64,000 bases of DNA from Verrucomicrobiota bacterium. GTDB lineage: Bacteria; Verrucomicrobiota; Verrucomicrobiia; Verrucomicrobiales; DEV007. The stretch lies in NCBI GenBank assembly GCA_045046875.1, contig JASFYY010000038.1, forward strand, positions 20,553 through 84,552, given 5' to 3'. Shown piece by piece: positions 38,854 through 48,788 of the stretch. How positions within the stretch are numbered: the first letter of the stretch is position 1; every line of letters begins with the position of its first letter. Position numbers and translations under genes: made by a program. The notes beneath the pieces were generated by a model. The model saw nothing but the letters and a program-made list of their open reading frames with translations, searched no databases and had not been told where the DNA came from.

Positions 38854-39855
38854 TTACAGCAACTCCGCGATCTGCACGGCATTAAGCGCCGCGCCCTTCC
38901 TCACCTGATCGCCCACCACCCAGAAAGTCAGTCCGTTTTCGAACACCAGATCCTCACGAATGCGTCCCACCAGGCAATCATCGCCATTGGTCGAATCAAG
39001 CGGAGTCGGGTAAAGCGCCGCCAAACGATCGTCCACCAATTGCACCCCCGGAGCTGCTTCAATAGCCTCCCGGGCCGCTTCCACCGAACAGGCCTCATTA
39101 AACTCAGCAGTGATCGCCACCGCATGCGAACGATAAACCGGAACCCGCACACAAGTCACCGAAGCCGTCAGACTATCGCTGTGCAGAATCTTGCGCCCCT
39201 CGTGGTGCATTTTCATCTCCTCTTTGGTGTAACCGTTGTCTTGAAAAACATCAACATGCGGAATGACGTTAAAAGCAATCTGATGAGGGTAGACATTTTT
39301 TTCAATCGGAGAGCCCTCGACCAAGGCTGCCACTTGCTGCTCCAACTCCTGCATCCCCTGCGCCCCACTGCCTGACACCGCCTGGTAACTGGAAGCGATG
39401 ATGTTTTTCACCCCACCAAAAACCTGATGCAAAGGGTTCAAACCCACCAACGAAATGATCGTGGTGCAGTTTGGATTAGCGATGATGCCCTCATGTTTCG
39501 CCGCGTCTTCGGGGTTCACTTCCGGAACCACCAGAGGCACTCCTTCGTCCATCCTGAAAGCCGATGAGTTATCGATCACCACCGCGCCTGCTGCCACCGC
39601 ATGCCGCCCAAATTCCTGGGAAATGCCTGAGCCCGCACTGAACAAAGCCACATCCACTCCTTCGAACGAATCCGGCGTCAACTCCTGCACTTCGATTTCG
39701 CCGTCCTTGAACGGCAAAAGCTTGCCCGCCGAACGCGCCGACGCCAACAGAGTGATCTCCGAGGCTGGAAAATCCCGCTGCTCGAGACATCTCAACATCT
39801 CAGTTCCAACCGCTCCTGTGGCTCCCGCCACCGCTATGTGTAATTTTTTGCTCAT
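38854..39855 (-). CDS. asd: Aspartate-semialdehyde dehydrogenase
   Basis: GATGAVG, DNSSAFRM, PEVN, ANPNCTT, SYQAVSGSG, RKGAALNAVQI. Confidence 0.97.
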   Translation of the reverse strand: MSKKLHIAVAGATGAVGTEMLRCLEQRDFPASEITLLASARSAGKLLPFKDGEIEVQELTPDSFEGVDVALFSAGSGISQEFGRHAVAAGAVVIDNSSAFRMDEGVPLVVPEVNPEDAAKHEGIIANPNCTTIISLVGLNPLHQVFGGVKNIIASSYQAVSGSGAQGMQELEQQVAALVEGSPIEKNVYPHQIAFNVIPHVDVFQDNGYTKEEMKMHHEGRKILHSDSLTASVTCVRVPVYRSHAVAITAEFNEACSVEAAREAIEAAPGVQLVDDRLAALYPTPLDSTNGDDCLVGRIREDLVFENGLTFWVVGDQVRKGAALNAVQIAELL

Positions 39856-40058
39856 TGATAGGCTCCCTCAAAAAAGGGTGCCACTCTAGCCTCGAACCCG
39901 CATTTTGCAAACCCACTTGTCCGAACTCTTACTTATCCAGCAAAAGCGTAAAAGTTTGAAAAATAAAACAATTAAGCGCTGATTCCACTGCTGGCACAGA
40001 TAGCGAAGTCGTAAGAAATTACGACTTAAAACCTATTGCCTCATTCCAACTTCCACCC

Positions 40059-40754
40059 TCACTTCGCCGCCCGAACCTCAAAGTCATCATAAGAGACCCC
40101 CTTGCCCGGTGTAGCCATGCCCACCGATGATTTGGTCTCGTGAGCAATGCCCTCCGATTTCAGTTCGACCACTTTTTTGCCGTCAATCGACACTGTCATG
40201 GTATCCCCTTTGGTTTGGATCAACAAATCATGCCACTTGTCCATTTTGAGTTCCACCGCAGTCTTGCTTGTTTTTGATTCCAACAATTTTTTGGTTTTTT
40301 CGTCTGGCTTGCCACCAGCTTTCCTTTTATCAAAAATCTCATTCTTAAAAACGCCGGTCTTTCCATCCGAAAGCATCACCATCTTAGGACTAAGCACCAC
40401 TCGGCAAATATGACCGGCATGCGAACCTTTGTATTTATTATCATCAAACTTGAGATTAAAACGCTTCGCATCCGTCCCGGAGAACCTGAACTTTACCGCC
40501 ACCTGCATGTCCTGCCTGCCCTCGAACTTAATCGTATCCACAGCCTGGTGATCCGAGTCGGGTGAGGTGATGCCATAAAACACCCCGCCCTTCACCTCAC
40601 TCGCACTTTTATAGTGCTTCCACCTCTCACCAAAACCCTCACTGGAAAAGTCATCCTCAAAGATCAGCTCATTATAATAAGACTTATCATCAGCCTGCAC
40701 TCCAGCGACCAACAAAGCCATTCCCCCCATCAACATAATCAGATTTTTTTTCAT
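40059..40754 (-). CDS. Exported concanavalin-like (DUF1080/LamG-type) protein
   Basis: Signal peptide; LIFEDDFS, SHAGHI, KWHDLLI...VSIDGK, SYDDFEV; paralog of the adjacent gene. Confidence 0.7.
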   Translation of the reverse strand: MKKNLIMLMGGMALLVAGVQADDKSYYNELIFEDDFSSEGFGERWKHYKSASEVKGGVFYGITSPDSDHQAVDTIKFEGRQDMQVAVKFRFSGTDAKRFNLKFDDNKYKGSHAGHICRVVLSPKMVMLSDGKTGVFKNEIFDKRKAGGKPDEKTKKLLESKTSKTAVELKMDKWHDLLIQTKGDTMTVSIDGKKVVELKSEGIAHETKSSVGMATPGKGVSYDDFEVRAAK

Positions 40755-40795
40755 AACTTCTATCCAAACATCTATTGTAATTCCCGCCAGGCTCC

Positions 40796-41701
40796 TTACT
40801 TAGCTTCTTCTTGATCTTCCTTAATGGCAGAATTTGGCGCCGACTTGATCACCAGATCATCGTAATGCACATCATTCACATTAGTCGTCAGACTCACCAA
40901 CGATTTGGTCATATGCGCCACCCCTTCAGATTGAAACGCTCCCACTTCCTTGCCATCAATTTTCACCACCAGCTTATCCGCCTTGGTGCGAATCAACAGT
41001 TCATGCCATTTCTCTCTTTTAAGATCCAAGTCGAAACGAACCGTCTTGGACTTGAGCATTTCCTGGGTTGCTTCATCCAAGCCCTCTGCAGATTTACGTT
41101 TTTCGTATATCTCGTTTTTGAAATTCCCTGTCTTCGCGTCGGATATCGCAAGAGAAGTCGGGCTGATGCTGATACTCGAAATGTGGCCGGCATGCGATTC
41201 CTTGTAATCCTTGTCATCAAACCAAACATTGAAGCGCTCCGCCTCTTCCCCCACAAAATTAAATTTCACCGCGACCTCCATATCCCGGCGGCCTTCAAAC
41301 CTGACCGAATCACAACCGGCATGCACCTTGATATCGACCGTCTTGCCAATCATCACGCCGTCTTTCACCACACTCTCGCTTTTATAATGCTTCCACAACT
41401 CACCAAATTCCTCTCCAGAAAAATCATCCTCAAATACCAATTCCTTGTAATACAACTGCTCTTCATCCCCTTTGCGCACCGCTTCCCACTCCGTCAAAAA
41501 ATCCTGATCCGCTTGAGACAATTTATCCACCGGCACTTCAAACACCCGACTGTTGGCACGAATCTTAAGTTTTCCATCCTTGAGATCAAGTAACTCAGCC
41601 TTAATCTTCTTGCCTTCCAGGTTTGTCAATTCCCTGAAATCCCGCGCTGTGGCAATTTGCAGCGCCATCACTGTGATCAATACAACTAAACTTGCTTTCA
41701 T
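40796..41701 (-). CDS. Exported SHD1 plus concanavalin-like (DUF1080/LamG-type) protein
   Basis: Signal peptide; RELTNLEGKKIKAEL...LSQADQDFL; LVFEDDFS...SHAGHI...HYDDLVI. Confidence 0.7.
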   Translation of the reverse strand: MKASLVVLITVMALQIATARDFRELTNLEGKKIKAELLDLKDGKLKIRANSRVFEVPVDKLSQADQDFLTEWEAVRKGDEEQLYYKELVFEDDFSGEEFGELWKHYKSESVVKDGVMIGKTVDIKVHAGCDSVRFEGRRDMEVAVKFNFVGEEAERFNVWFDDKDYKESHAGHISSISISPTSLAISDAKTGNFKNEIYEKRKSAEGLDEATQEMLKSKTVRFDLDLKREKWHELLIRTKADKLVVKIDGKEVGAFQSEGVAHMTKSLVSLTTNVNDVHYDDLVIKSAPNSAIKEDQEEAK

Positions 41702-41788
41702 AATAGATACAAATTGCACACCCTGGAGCTCGGTGCAAATGCCGTGATGGGATTGACAAACCCTGCCACCTTCGATTAAATTCCCCCC

Positions 41789-43192
41789 ATGCCTGACTCT
41801 CCCCAAAGCGGCGAATGGCGCCACGCCTTCACCCATATGAACCCACGCGTCCGCGATGGCCTTATCGTGCACAGTCGGCGCAGTGTCCTCAAAACCGGTA
41901 TCGCGGGAATGGCAGGCCTATCATTGCCCGGTTTGCTAAAAGCGCGCGCCGCCGCGACCGCTTCGGGCAAATCCCTTGCCGGCAATAAAAGTGTCATCCT
42001 GCTGTGGATGACCGGAGGCCCTAGCCACATCGACACATGGGATCCCAAACCCGATGCTCCACAAAAAATCCGTGGTCCCTTTGGCACCATCTCTACCAAG
42101 CTGCCCGGCGTACAAATTTGCGAACACCTGCCCAGACAAGCAGCAATGCTCGATAAAATGACCCTGATCCGCTCGGTCGTTTGCAAAGGCAGCAGCCATC
42201 AACCCAATCACGTGATGCAAACCGCAGACTATGATGCGGCTCCAAGAAGAAATCCCAAAGGTAAGCTCTGCCCAGCCATCGCCTCAATCGTCGCCAAGCA
42301 CCATGGAGCCAACCATCCGCAAATGCCCCCTTATGTCGCGCTCAATGTGATCGACAAAACCCACATTGCCTGGGGTGGCCACCTCGGCAAACAATACGAT
42401 CCATTCATCGGTGACGAAGCATCCAAAGTTCTACAACTGCCCGTCGGCCTGACCATGGATCGAGTGCAATCGCGCAAATCACTGCTTGGCCAGATGGATA
42501 AACTGCGCAGTGGGCTCGACCTCGGTGGATCGATGGAAGGGCTGGATCAATTCACCCAGCAAGCCTTCGAAATGGTCGCTGGCGGCAAAGCCCAAGCAGC
42601 TTTTGATTTGACCCGGGAATCGCAAAAAACACTCGACGCTTATGGCGATCACGACTGGTGCAAACAAGCCCTGCTGGCGCGACGACTGGTCGAGGCCGGC
42701 TCCAGTTTTGTCACCATCGACCTTAGTAATCACCACTCCTCCGGCACCTGGGACAACCACGGCATCCCCGGCGGCGTCTACGGTGGCATCTCCAAGGGAT
42801 TAAAACCACTGCTCCCCGTTTTTGACCGTCTGCTCACCACACTGATCACCGACCTCGAAGAGCGTGGCATGCTCGACGACGTGCTGGTGCTCGCCATGGG
42901 TGAATTCGGACGCACCCCCACACTGGGAACCCAGGGCAGCACCGATGGGCGCAACCACTGGCCGGTGGTGATGTCGATGACCATGGCTGGCGGCGGATTC
43001 CGCCACGGACAAGTCATCGGATCTACCGAAAACGATGGTAGTGACGTCAAATCACGCCCCGTCACTCCCGGCGACCTCGCCGCAACCATCTACCACCACT
43101 TCGGCATCCCACAGAACACCTACTACGAAGACTTCACCGGGCGTCCAATCTTCGCCGTGCAAAACGGCAAACCGATCGCGGAGTTGATTTAA
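41789..43192 (+). CDS. DUF1501 domain-containing protein
   Basis: SRRSVLK Tat-like motif; GGPSHIDTWDPKP, LLARRLVEAG, WDNH, MGEFGRTP, GRNHW. Confidence 0.92.
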   Translation: MPDSPQSGEWRHAFTHMNPRVRDGLIVHSRRSVLKTGIAGMAGLSLPGLLKARAAATASGKSLAGNKSVILLWMTGGPSHIDTWDPKPDAPQKIRGPFGTISTKLPGVQICEHLPRQAAMLDKMTLIRSVVCKGSSHQPNHVMQTADYDAAPRRNPKGKLCPAIASIVAKHHGANHPQMPPYVALNVIDKTHIAWGGHLGKQYDPFIGDEASKVLQLPVGLTMDRVQSRKSLLGQMDKLRSGLDLGGSMEGLDQFTQQAFEMVAGGKAQAAFDLTRESQKTLDAYGDHDWCKQALLARRLVEAGSSFVTIDLSNHHSSGTWDNHGIPGGVYGGISKGLKPLLPVFDRLLTTLITDLEERGMLDDVLVLAMGEFGRTPTLGTQGSTDGRNHWPVVMSMTMAGGGFRHGQVIGSTENDGSDVKSRPVTPGDLAATIYHHFGIPQNTYYEDFTGRPIFAVQNGKPIAELI

Positions 43193-43296
43193 ATAAAACT
43201 CCTCTGAGCGTAGTCCATCAACCAAGCCGTTTACATTAGCAGCTTTCTATGCGTATTTTTTGCGCCGGTTCGATTCCGCTCCATATTCCCATCGCA

Positions 43297-44145
43297 ATGA
43301 AAGACGTCCTCCTCAAAATCACCGAAAGCAGCAACTGGGTTGTGATCTTCACCTTGCTGATTCTGCTGGTATGGGAAGGCTACGCCCCCTACTTCTCCTT
43401 TTTCCGCCAGAAGATGAAAAAACGAGCGCTTCACGCGGCTCGCAATTTCACTCTCACGGTCATGAACGCCATCATGACTTCACTGATGTTCATCTGGATT
43501 TGGAACTGGGCGGCGGATTTCACCACGGTCCATCAGTTCGGCCTGATGAATCAATTCGCGCTGCCCGCCTGGGGCAAAGCTTTAGGGGTTGTGCTACTGT
43601 TTGATATTTGGACCTACTGGTGGCATCGCTTCAGTCATGTTGTGCCTTTCCTATGGCGCTTTCACCGGGTACATCACAGCGACCCGCAAATGGACGTCAC
43701 CACTTCCAACCGTTTCCATATCGGAGAGATTTTCATCTCCAATGTCATCCGCATCCCCCTCATCATGCTTTTCGGAGCCGAGTTCTGGCACATCGCGCTG
43801 TTCTCAGCACTGATGTTTCCGGTGGTACAATTCCAACACGCCAACATCGGACTGACACCCACCCTCGACCGCCTGCTGCGAATCGTCTTTGTCACCCCCC
43901 ACATGCACAAAGTCCATCATTCCCGATATTACAAAGAGACCAATTCCAACTACACCTCGATGTTCTCCATCTGGGACCGCCTTTTTGGTTCTTTTCGACT
44001 CAGCAAAGATCTTAGCAAAATCCAGCTTGGCCTCAATCATTTTGATAGTGATAAGAAACAAAGCATCGGCGGAATGCTGGCCACCCCCTTAGGAAAAAAT
44101 CATACGCTCCCCAAAAACGAAAACAACACCGAACTCGAACCTTAA
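43297..44145 (+). CDS. Sterol desaturase/fatty acid hydroxylase family protein
   Basis: YWWHRFSH, FHRVHHS, RFH, FQHAN, HKVHH His boxes; WDRLFG. Confidence 0.9.
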   Translation: MKDVLLKITESSNWVVIFTLLILLVWEGYAPYFSFFRQKMKKRALHAARNFTLTVMNAIMTSLMFIWIWNWAADFTTVHQFGLMNQFALPAWGKALGVVLLFDIWTYWWHRFSHVVPFLWRFHRVHHSDPQMDVTTSNRFHIGEIFISNVIRIPLIMLFGAEFWHIALFSALMFPVVQFQHANIGLTPTLDRLLRIVFVTPHMHKVHHSRYYKETNSNYTSMFSIWDRLFGSFRLSKDLSKIQLGLNHFDSDKKQSIGGMLATPLGKNHTLPKNENNTELEP

Positions 44146-44159
44146 AATCTCCCTAACCA

Positions 44160-45122
44160 GTGAACAAATTCTCCCTTTTCTCCACAACCCTGCTCATTCT
44201 ATTTTTTCTCGAACCCGTCCTTGCCCGGGATCCCATCACTCTAGCGGTCGGTTACGGCGGACGCCGAATGATCACCACGGACGGTGGACAAAACTGGACT
44301 CATGACACCCACTGGATCGAAAAAGGCGGCGATGACAATAAGCTGCTACGCGGAGCTTGTTACGGAGCGGGTACATTTGTCGCCGTCGGTGGATCCAAAA
44401 TCGCTCCCATCATCGTTTCTAAAAACGGGATAGACTGGCAGGAACAACAACTCGCAGGCGGATGGCTGGGTGATGTCGCCTACGGCAACGGATGGTTTGT
44501 CGCGGTCGGCGGAGGTGGATCCTACCTGAGATCCAAGGACGGCCTTAAATGGAGCGCACGACAACGCAATAAAGAAGTCAAACCAGGCTACCCCAGGCAT
44601 TACCGTAAAATCGCTTTTGGAAACGGCCTGTTTGTGGCGGTAGGTGACAAAGGCCGTCGCACGGTTTCTGCAAACGGTGTGACTTGGAGCGAAGACCAAA
44701 CAATCAAAGAAAAATTAAAACGCCAGAATATCCTCTTTGCCAAGGGACGTTTTGTCATCATCGGTTCAGGCGGCTACCTCACCACCAGCCAGGATGGCCT
44801 CTCCTGGTCCACTCCCAAATTGTCCACTACGGAAGATCTACGCTCGATCTTGTGGGATGGAAAAAAATTCATCGTCACCGCCAAAAGCGATCTGATTATC
44901 TCTAACGACGGACTCAATTGGCGAAAAGTAGCTGCTCGAGGAGGTGTTCCTTCTACCATCTACTACGACCCCGTCGCCAAGACCTATTTTGGCTTCAGTT
45001 GGCGCAGCCGCAAGTGGACCTCACCAAACGGCCTCAACTGGAAACGCCACGAAGATTCTGGTAAAAACGCCATCACCGCCATCGTTTCTCCCCCCTCTAC
45101 CCCTAAAACGAAACCAGAGTAA
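44160..45122 (+). CDS. Exported BNR/Asp-box beta-propeller protein
   Basis: Repeated YGNGxFVAVG and S-x-DG-x-x-W motifs; signal peptide. Confidence 0.8.
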   Translation: MNKFSLFSTTLLILFFLEPVLARDPITLAVGYGGRRMITTDGGQNWTHDTHWIEKGGDDNKLLRGACYGAGTFVAVGGSKIAPIIVSKNGIDWQEQQLAGGWLGDVAYGNGWFVAVGGGGSYLRSKDGLKWSARQRNKEVKPGYPRHYRKIAFGNGLFVAVGDKGRRTVSANGVTWSEDQTIKEKLKRQNILFAKGRFVIIGSGGYLTTSQDGLSWSTPKLSTTEDLRSILWDGKKFIVTAKSDLIISNDGLNWRKVAARGGVPSTIYYDPVAKTYFGFSWRSRKWTSPNGLNWKRHEDSGKNAITAIVSPPSTPKTKPE

Positions 45123-45230
45123 GCGCATTCGTCACAAAAAAATCATTGCAATAGTTAACAAAAGCTGATTATATTTATGCTGAGTTACTATAATTACTCA
45201 AATCAACTAGAACCCGTAAATCAATTCAAT

Positions 45231-45359
45231 ATGAAATCCATCACTCTCATCGCCGCTATGGTTGCCGTTGCCGGAGCTTTTGCTCTGGGCGCATGCAAAT
45301 CCAAACAACAGACATACACTCCACCAGCCACACCAGGTTACGTGGACTCAGGTAAATAA
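45231..45359 (+). CDS. Small lipoprotein (42 aa)
   Basis: MKS plus hydrophobic stretch and LGAC lipobox; own terminator. Confidence 0.7.
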   Translation: MKSITLIAAMVAVAGAFALGACKSKQQTYTPPATPGYVDSGK

Positions 45360-45381
45360 TTTTTACCGATAAAAAATTTAG

Positions 45382-45418
45382 AACGGTCGATCTCATCAAG
45401 AGGTCGATCGTTTTTTTT
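45382..45418 (+). terminator. Rho-independent terminator
   Basis: aacggtcgatctc-atcaa-gaggtcgatcgtt stem with G-U pairs running into a T8 tract. Confidence 0.75.
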
Positions 45419-45482
45419 ACCCGCATCTATCACTTGCTCCTTCTTGTTTTTTGTGAAAATTTTCTCCAAGCCACGACAAGTC

Positions 45483-46346
45483 ATGAGAATTTTCACGCTA
45501 ACCTTTATCACCGCCTGCCTGTTCACCTTATTGACAGCTGAAGCATGGTCACAAAAACCATCAGCACAAACAAGCAAAACCCCACCCCCCGCGGTAGAAG
45601 CCCCTCAATTGTCCGTTTGTTACAATAAAGAATTTCCACCCATTTCCTTTGCGGCCTTCTCCCTGATCACCGTTGATCCCAGTTATCCCGCACTGTCTCT
45701 GGAAGTGATCAACAAAAGCGGTAAAAGCGCTTTTGCCCGCCTCAGTATAAACAAGGTCGATCCCGCCAAAGGATGGTTCAAACCTCTCGCCGAATCCGGA
45801 GCTTTCAAAAAAAGCCCCGATCCCTCTAAACCCCAAACCATTGATCTAAGCAATCCCGCGTGGGAAGACCTATTGATGCAAGCGCTCATTCCCCAGCTGA
45901 TCAAAAAGGGCTTCTCTGGCTTGTATCTCGACGATCTCGATCTCAGCTACCAACAAAAACAACACGGTCAGGCCGCAGCGCTCATCAGTAACATTCGCAA
46001 AAATTTTCCCGAACTCAAACTGATCGCCAATGGAGGCCTCGAATTCCTACCCTCTTTTGCGCTCCATATTAACTACATTCTTTTGGAAAACCGGATCGCC
46101 AAACAACAAAAACTCACCTCGATCTCCCAAGTAGTCAAAACCTTGGAATTGCTTGAACTAGGCAAAAAGGTCAACCCCAAACTGATCCCTCTTGCGCTGG
46201 ATTATTATGCCCCTGTTGCCAGCGGACTAAACACCCCGCATCTTTTATTCATCGCTACCCTGCGCAAATTGCACTGGGAATACGGCCTTGCATCCTGCGT
46301 CACCGTGGAAAGTCTCGATGCCGTGCCCATCCGCCCCCTCAACTGA
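45483..46346 (+). CDS. PelA/GH114-like endo-alpha-1,4-polygalactosaminidase domain protein
   Basis: IDLSNPAW, KGFSGLYLDDLD, LIANGG, LLEN, LALDY. Confidence 0.65.
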   Translation: MRIFTLTFITACLFTLLTAEAWSQKPSAQTSKTPPPAVEAPQLSVCYNKEFPPISFAAFSLITVDPSYPALSLEVINKSGKSAFARLSINKVDPAKGWFKPLAESGAFKKSPDPSKPQTIDLSNPAWEDLLMQALIPQLIKKGFSGLYLDDLDLSYQQKQHGQAAALISNIRKNFPELKLIANGGLEFLPSFALHINYILLENRIAKQQKLTSISQVVKTLELLELGKKVNPKLIPLALDYYAPVASGLNTPHLLFIATLRKLHWEYGLASCVTVESLDAVPIRPLN

Positions 46347-46353
46347 GCCGCAC

Positions 46354-47109
46354 TTACAAACCCGTCGGGTGATCAACAAAACTCCAACTGATCCGGTACT
46401 TTGCCGCCAAATGTTTAGCCAAGGCCTTCACCCCGAAAGTCTCGGTCGCATAATGTCCACCGTAGATCACGTTGATCCCCAACTCCTCCGCTGAAGTGTA
46501 AGACCAATGCGGCCCTTCCCCGGTGATGAACGTATCAATCCCAGTCGCCGCGGCAGCATAAATCTCCGATCCCGCTCCACCCGTGATCACTCCGATCTGA
46601 CGTGTCTGCTGCGCGCCCCCTGGACACAAATGCGCTTCACCGCCCACCGCTTTTTTTACCCGCTCCAGCAAAAGCTCCCGGTTGATCTGTGTTGCACTGC
46701 GCAAACCCAGCTGAATCCCCTTCCATTCAAAAAACGGTTTTAAATTCTTCAAACCAATCGCTTTGGCCAACAGCACATTGTTGCCTGACACCGGATGCAC
46801 ATCCAGTGGAATATGCGCACTGTAGATCGCCAATCCATTATCCATCGCCAGTTTCAGCTTTTCATACTGGCTACCCTCGATCTTCTGCGCCCCCTGCCAG
46901 AACATACCGTGATGCACCAACAACAGATCTGCCTTTTGCTCCACCGCTTCCCTCACCACCGGCAAACAAGCATCTACCGCTGCGACAATTTTTTTCACCT
47001 GCCCCGCGTTCTCCAATTGCAGACCATTCAGCGCATTCGGATAATCCGGCACCTCATTCAGCTTCAAATGTTTCTCCAGATAAGCGCAAATCGTTTTCAG
47101 TTTAGCCAT
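46354..47109 (-). CDS. Nif3-like dinuclear metal center protein (YbgI/DUF34)
   Basis: DYPNALNGLQ, VHHG, HIPLDVHP..GNN, ITGE, GHYATETFGV. Confidence 0.93.
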   Translation of the reverse strand: MAKLKTICAYLEKHLKLNEVPDYPNALNGLQLENAGQVKKIVAAVDACLPVVREAVEQKADLLLVHHGMFWQGAQKIEGSQYEKLKLAMDNGLAIYSAHIPLDVHPVSGNNVLLAKAIGLKNLKPFFEWKGIQLGLRSATQINRELLLERVKKAVGGEAHLCPGGAQQTRQIGVITGGAGSEIYAAAATGIDTFITGEGPHWSYTSAEELGINVIYGGHYATETFGVKALAKHLAAKYRISWSFVDHPTGL

Positions 47110-47296
47110 GGCCTCATTATAATTCGAATCCCCTGATTGACTAGGCCAAACCACTCACTTCTTCCATTACCTCACACGCCCCCTCCACCCTGGTTCGGAT
47201 AGCCCCACAGTAGAGCAATAGGAGAGAATCAAAAATCTCCACTCCCTCCCATCTCATAAAAACTCTGCGTCTCTGCCCCTCCTTGAGCGCCGAAAT

Positions 47297-47869
47297 CTAG
47301 ACGAAGGAGGCTGCATGAGCATTTTTCCTCTCAGCCGCATCAAAGCTCTCGAGACTCACATACATCGGTTGATAACACGCGTCCCCCGCTCCCACCAATG
47401 GCCCAAAAGCAACAAAACCTAGATGGCGATACAGGCCCAGCTGTCGTGTGGTGCCTGAAATAATACCCAGATCATATCCCCTGGCCACTCCGTATTCCTT
47501 GAGCAAAGCAAGCATCCCCTTCAAAATGCGACCTCCGCGAAGACCTCTGTATTTCTTTTCAACCGCCAACAATCTAACTTCTAAAATACGATACCCTGTT
47601 GGCAAAAATGAATCCAAATCCGGCAATTTCTGATCCAGGGAAAAAGGTCGCTGCCCACGCAGGGCGAGCATGCCCATCAACGCCCCCCGCTGCAAACAAA
47701 TCACGTAGGTATTTTGATCGTGAAACTTATCCACCAAGCGGCGAGTAGATGAAATTTCATGCTGGGGAATCTCTTCGACAAAAGTTCGGTAATTCAACTC
47801 GTAAATCTGATCGAACTCCGCTTCCTCTGTAGCCAATTTATAAATCAACTCTGCTGATTTCGCCCTCAT
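47297..47869 (-). CDS. GNAT family N-acyltransferase
   Basis: LNYRTFVEEIPQH, VDKFH, EVRLLAVEKKYRG, LYRHLGF. Confidence 0.8.
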   Translation of the reverse strand: MRAKSAELIYKLATEEAEFDQIYELNYRTFVEEIPQHEISSTRRLVDKFHDQNTYVICLQRGALMGMLALRGQRPFSLDQKLPDLDSFLPTGYRILEVRLLAVEKKYRGLRGGRILKGMLALLKEYGVARGYDLGIISGTTRQLGLYRHLGFVAFGPLVGAGDACYQPMYVSLESFDAAERKNAHAASFV

Positions 47870-47875
47870 CCTCCC

Positions 47876-48619
47876 CTATTCTCCATCCCTTGTTTTTCTG
47901 CCATAACAATAGATCAATTGCCAATCAAGTGCTACGCCCTCATCACTATACTGCAAGTCAAAATACTCCCCTATCGCTTCATCCACCTGCTCAAGTTCAA
48001 GATCCAAAGCAAACAGACCTTTGAAAAAAACAGCCACCTGTTCTTTTTTTTCAAACTTCCAAGGCACCCTCTTTTTCTCTTCCACCACATCAATCAATCC
48101 CGCATCCCGCAACAAGCTTGCGGTATCACCAAAGTTAAGAAAGTTCCCTACATGTCCCGAAGGATTGTGCCGATCAACAAAAACATTCAACCAATCAGCT
48201 ATAGCCGCGCCTTTCTCCACATCACAAATCGCCAGCTCTCCACCCGGCTTCAACACCCGCTGACAAGCCTTAATCGTATCTGCATGACACCCACTATGGT
48301 GCAAACCCGCCAAACCGAGTGCCACATCCACACTGCCATCCTCCACACTCTCAAACTGCTCAACACTATCCCTCAGCCATTGATATCGAGAGTTCAACCT
48401 CCCCCCCAACAACTCACAGGGTTCGATGCACACACAGTGAACATCCTGCTCCAGCAGGCGATCCACTTCGTCTGAGAGAAAACCTCCAGCCGCTTGAATA
48501 TCCAACACCGTCTGACCTGACTGCAAATCCACCAACTCCAACAAAGCGTCCCGCTCCAACGCCCGTGCACGGGGGAAATTGATCATCGCACTGGCATCGG
48601 ATATAGCAGGGAAATTCAT
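47876..48619 (-). CDS. Class I SAM-dependent methyltransferase
   Basis: VLDIQAAGG motif I, SVDVAL, GLHH, RVLKPGG. Confidence 0.8.
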   Translation of the reverse strand: MNFPAISDASAMINFPRARALERDALLELVDLQSGQTVLDIQAAGGFLSDEVDRLLEQDVHCVCIEPCELLGGRLNSRYQWLRDSVEQFESVEDGSVDVALGLAGLHHSGCHADTIKACQRVLKPGGELAICDVEKGAAIADWLNVFVDRHNPSGHVGNFLNFGDTASLLRDAGLIDVVEEKKRVPWKFEKKEQVAVFFKGLFALDLELEQVDEAIGEYFDLQYSDEGVALDWQLIYCYGRKTRDGE

Positions 48620-48634
48620 TGTATTTCTGACAGG

Positions 48635-48665
48635 ATACAGGAGGGCGGACATTCCTGTCCGGCAA
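48635..48665 (+). repeat. REP-like short palindromic repeat, copy 2
   Basis: Identical to 5986-6016. Confidence 0.75.
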
Positions 48666-48788
48666 AAACTCGCACTAATTTATCATACTACACCTGCGGA
48701 AGCTCAACATCCTGACACATTTTCTATTTCTCAATACCTGGATCGTTACCTCGAATTTAACATCAAAACCCGTAACTGAAACTATTTT

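Noticed and set aside
40006..40027. aagtcgtaa-gaaa-ttacgactt hairpin
   Set aside because: Short AT-rich stem without a U-tract; cannot separate terminator from chance
47120..47140. ttcgaatccc resembling a tRNA T-loop
   Set aside because: No T-stem, acceptor stem or anticodon arm; it lies in the Nif3 promoter region
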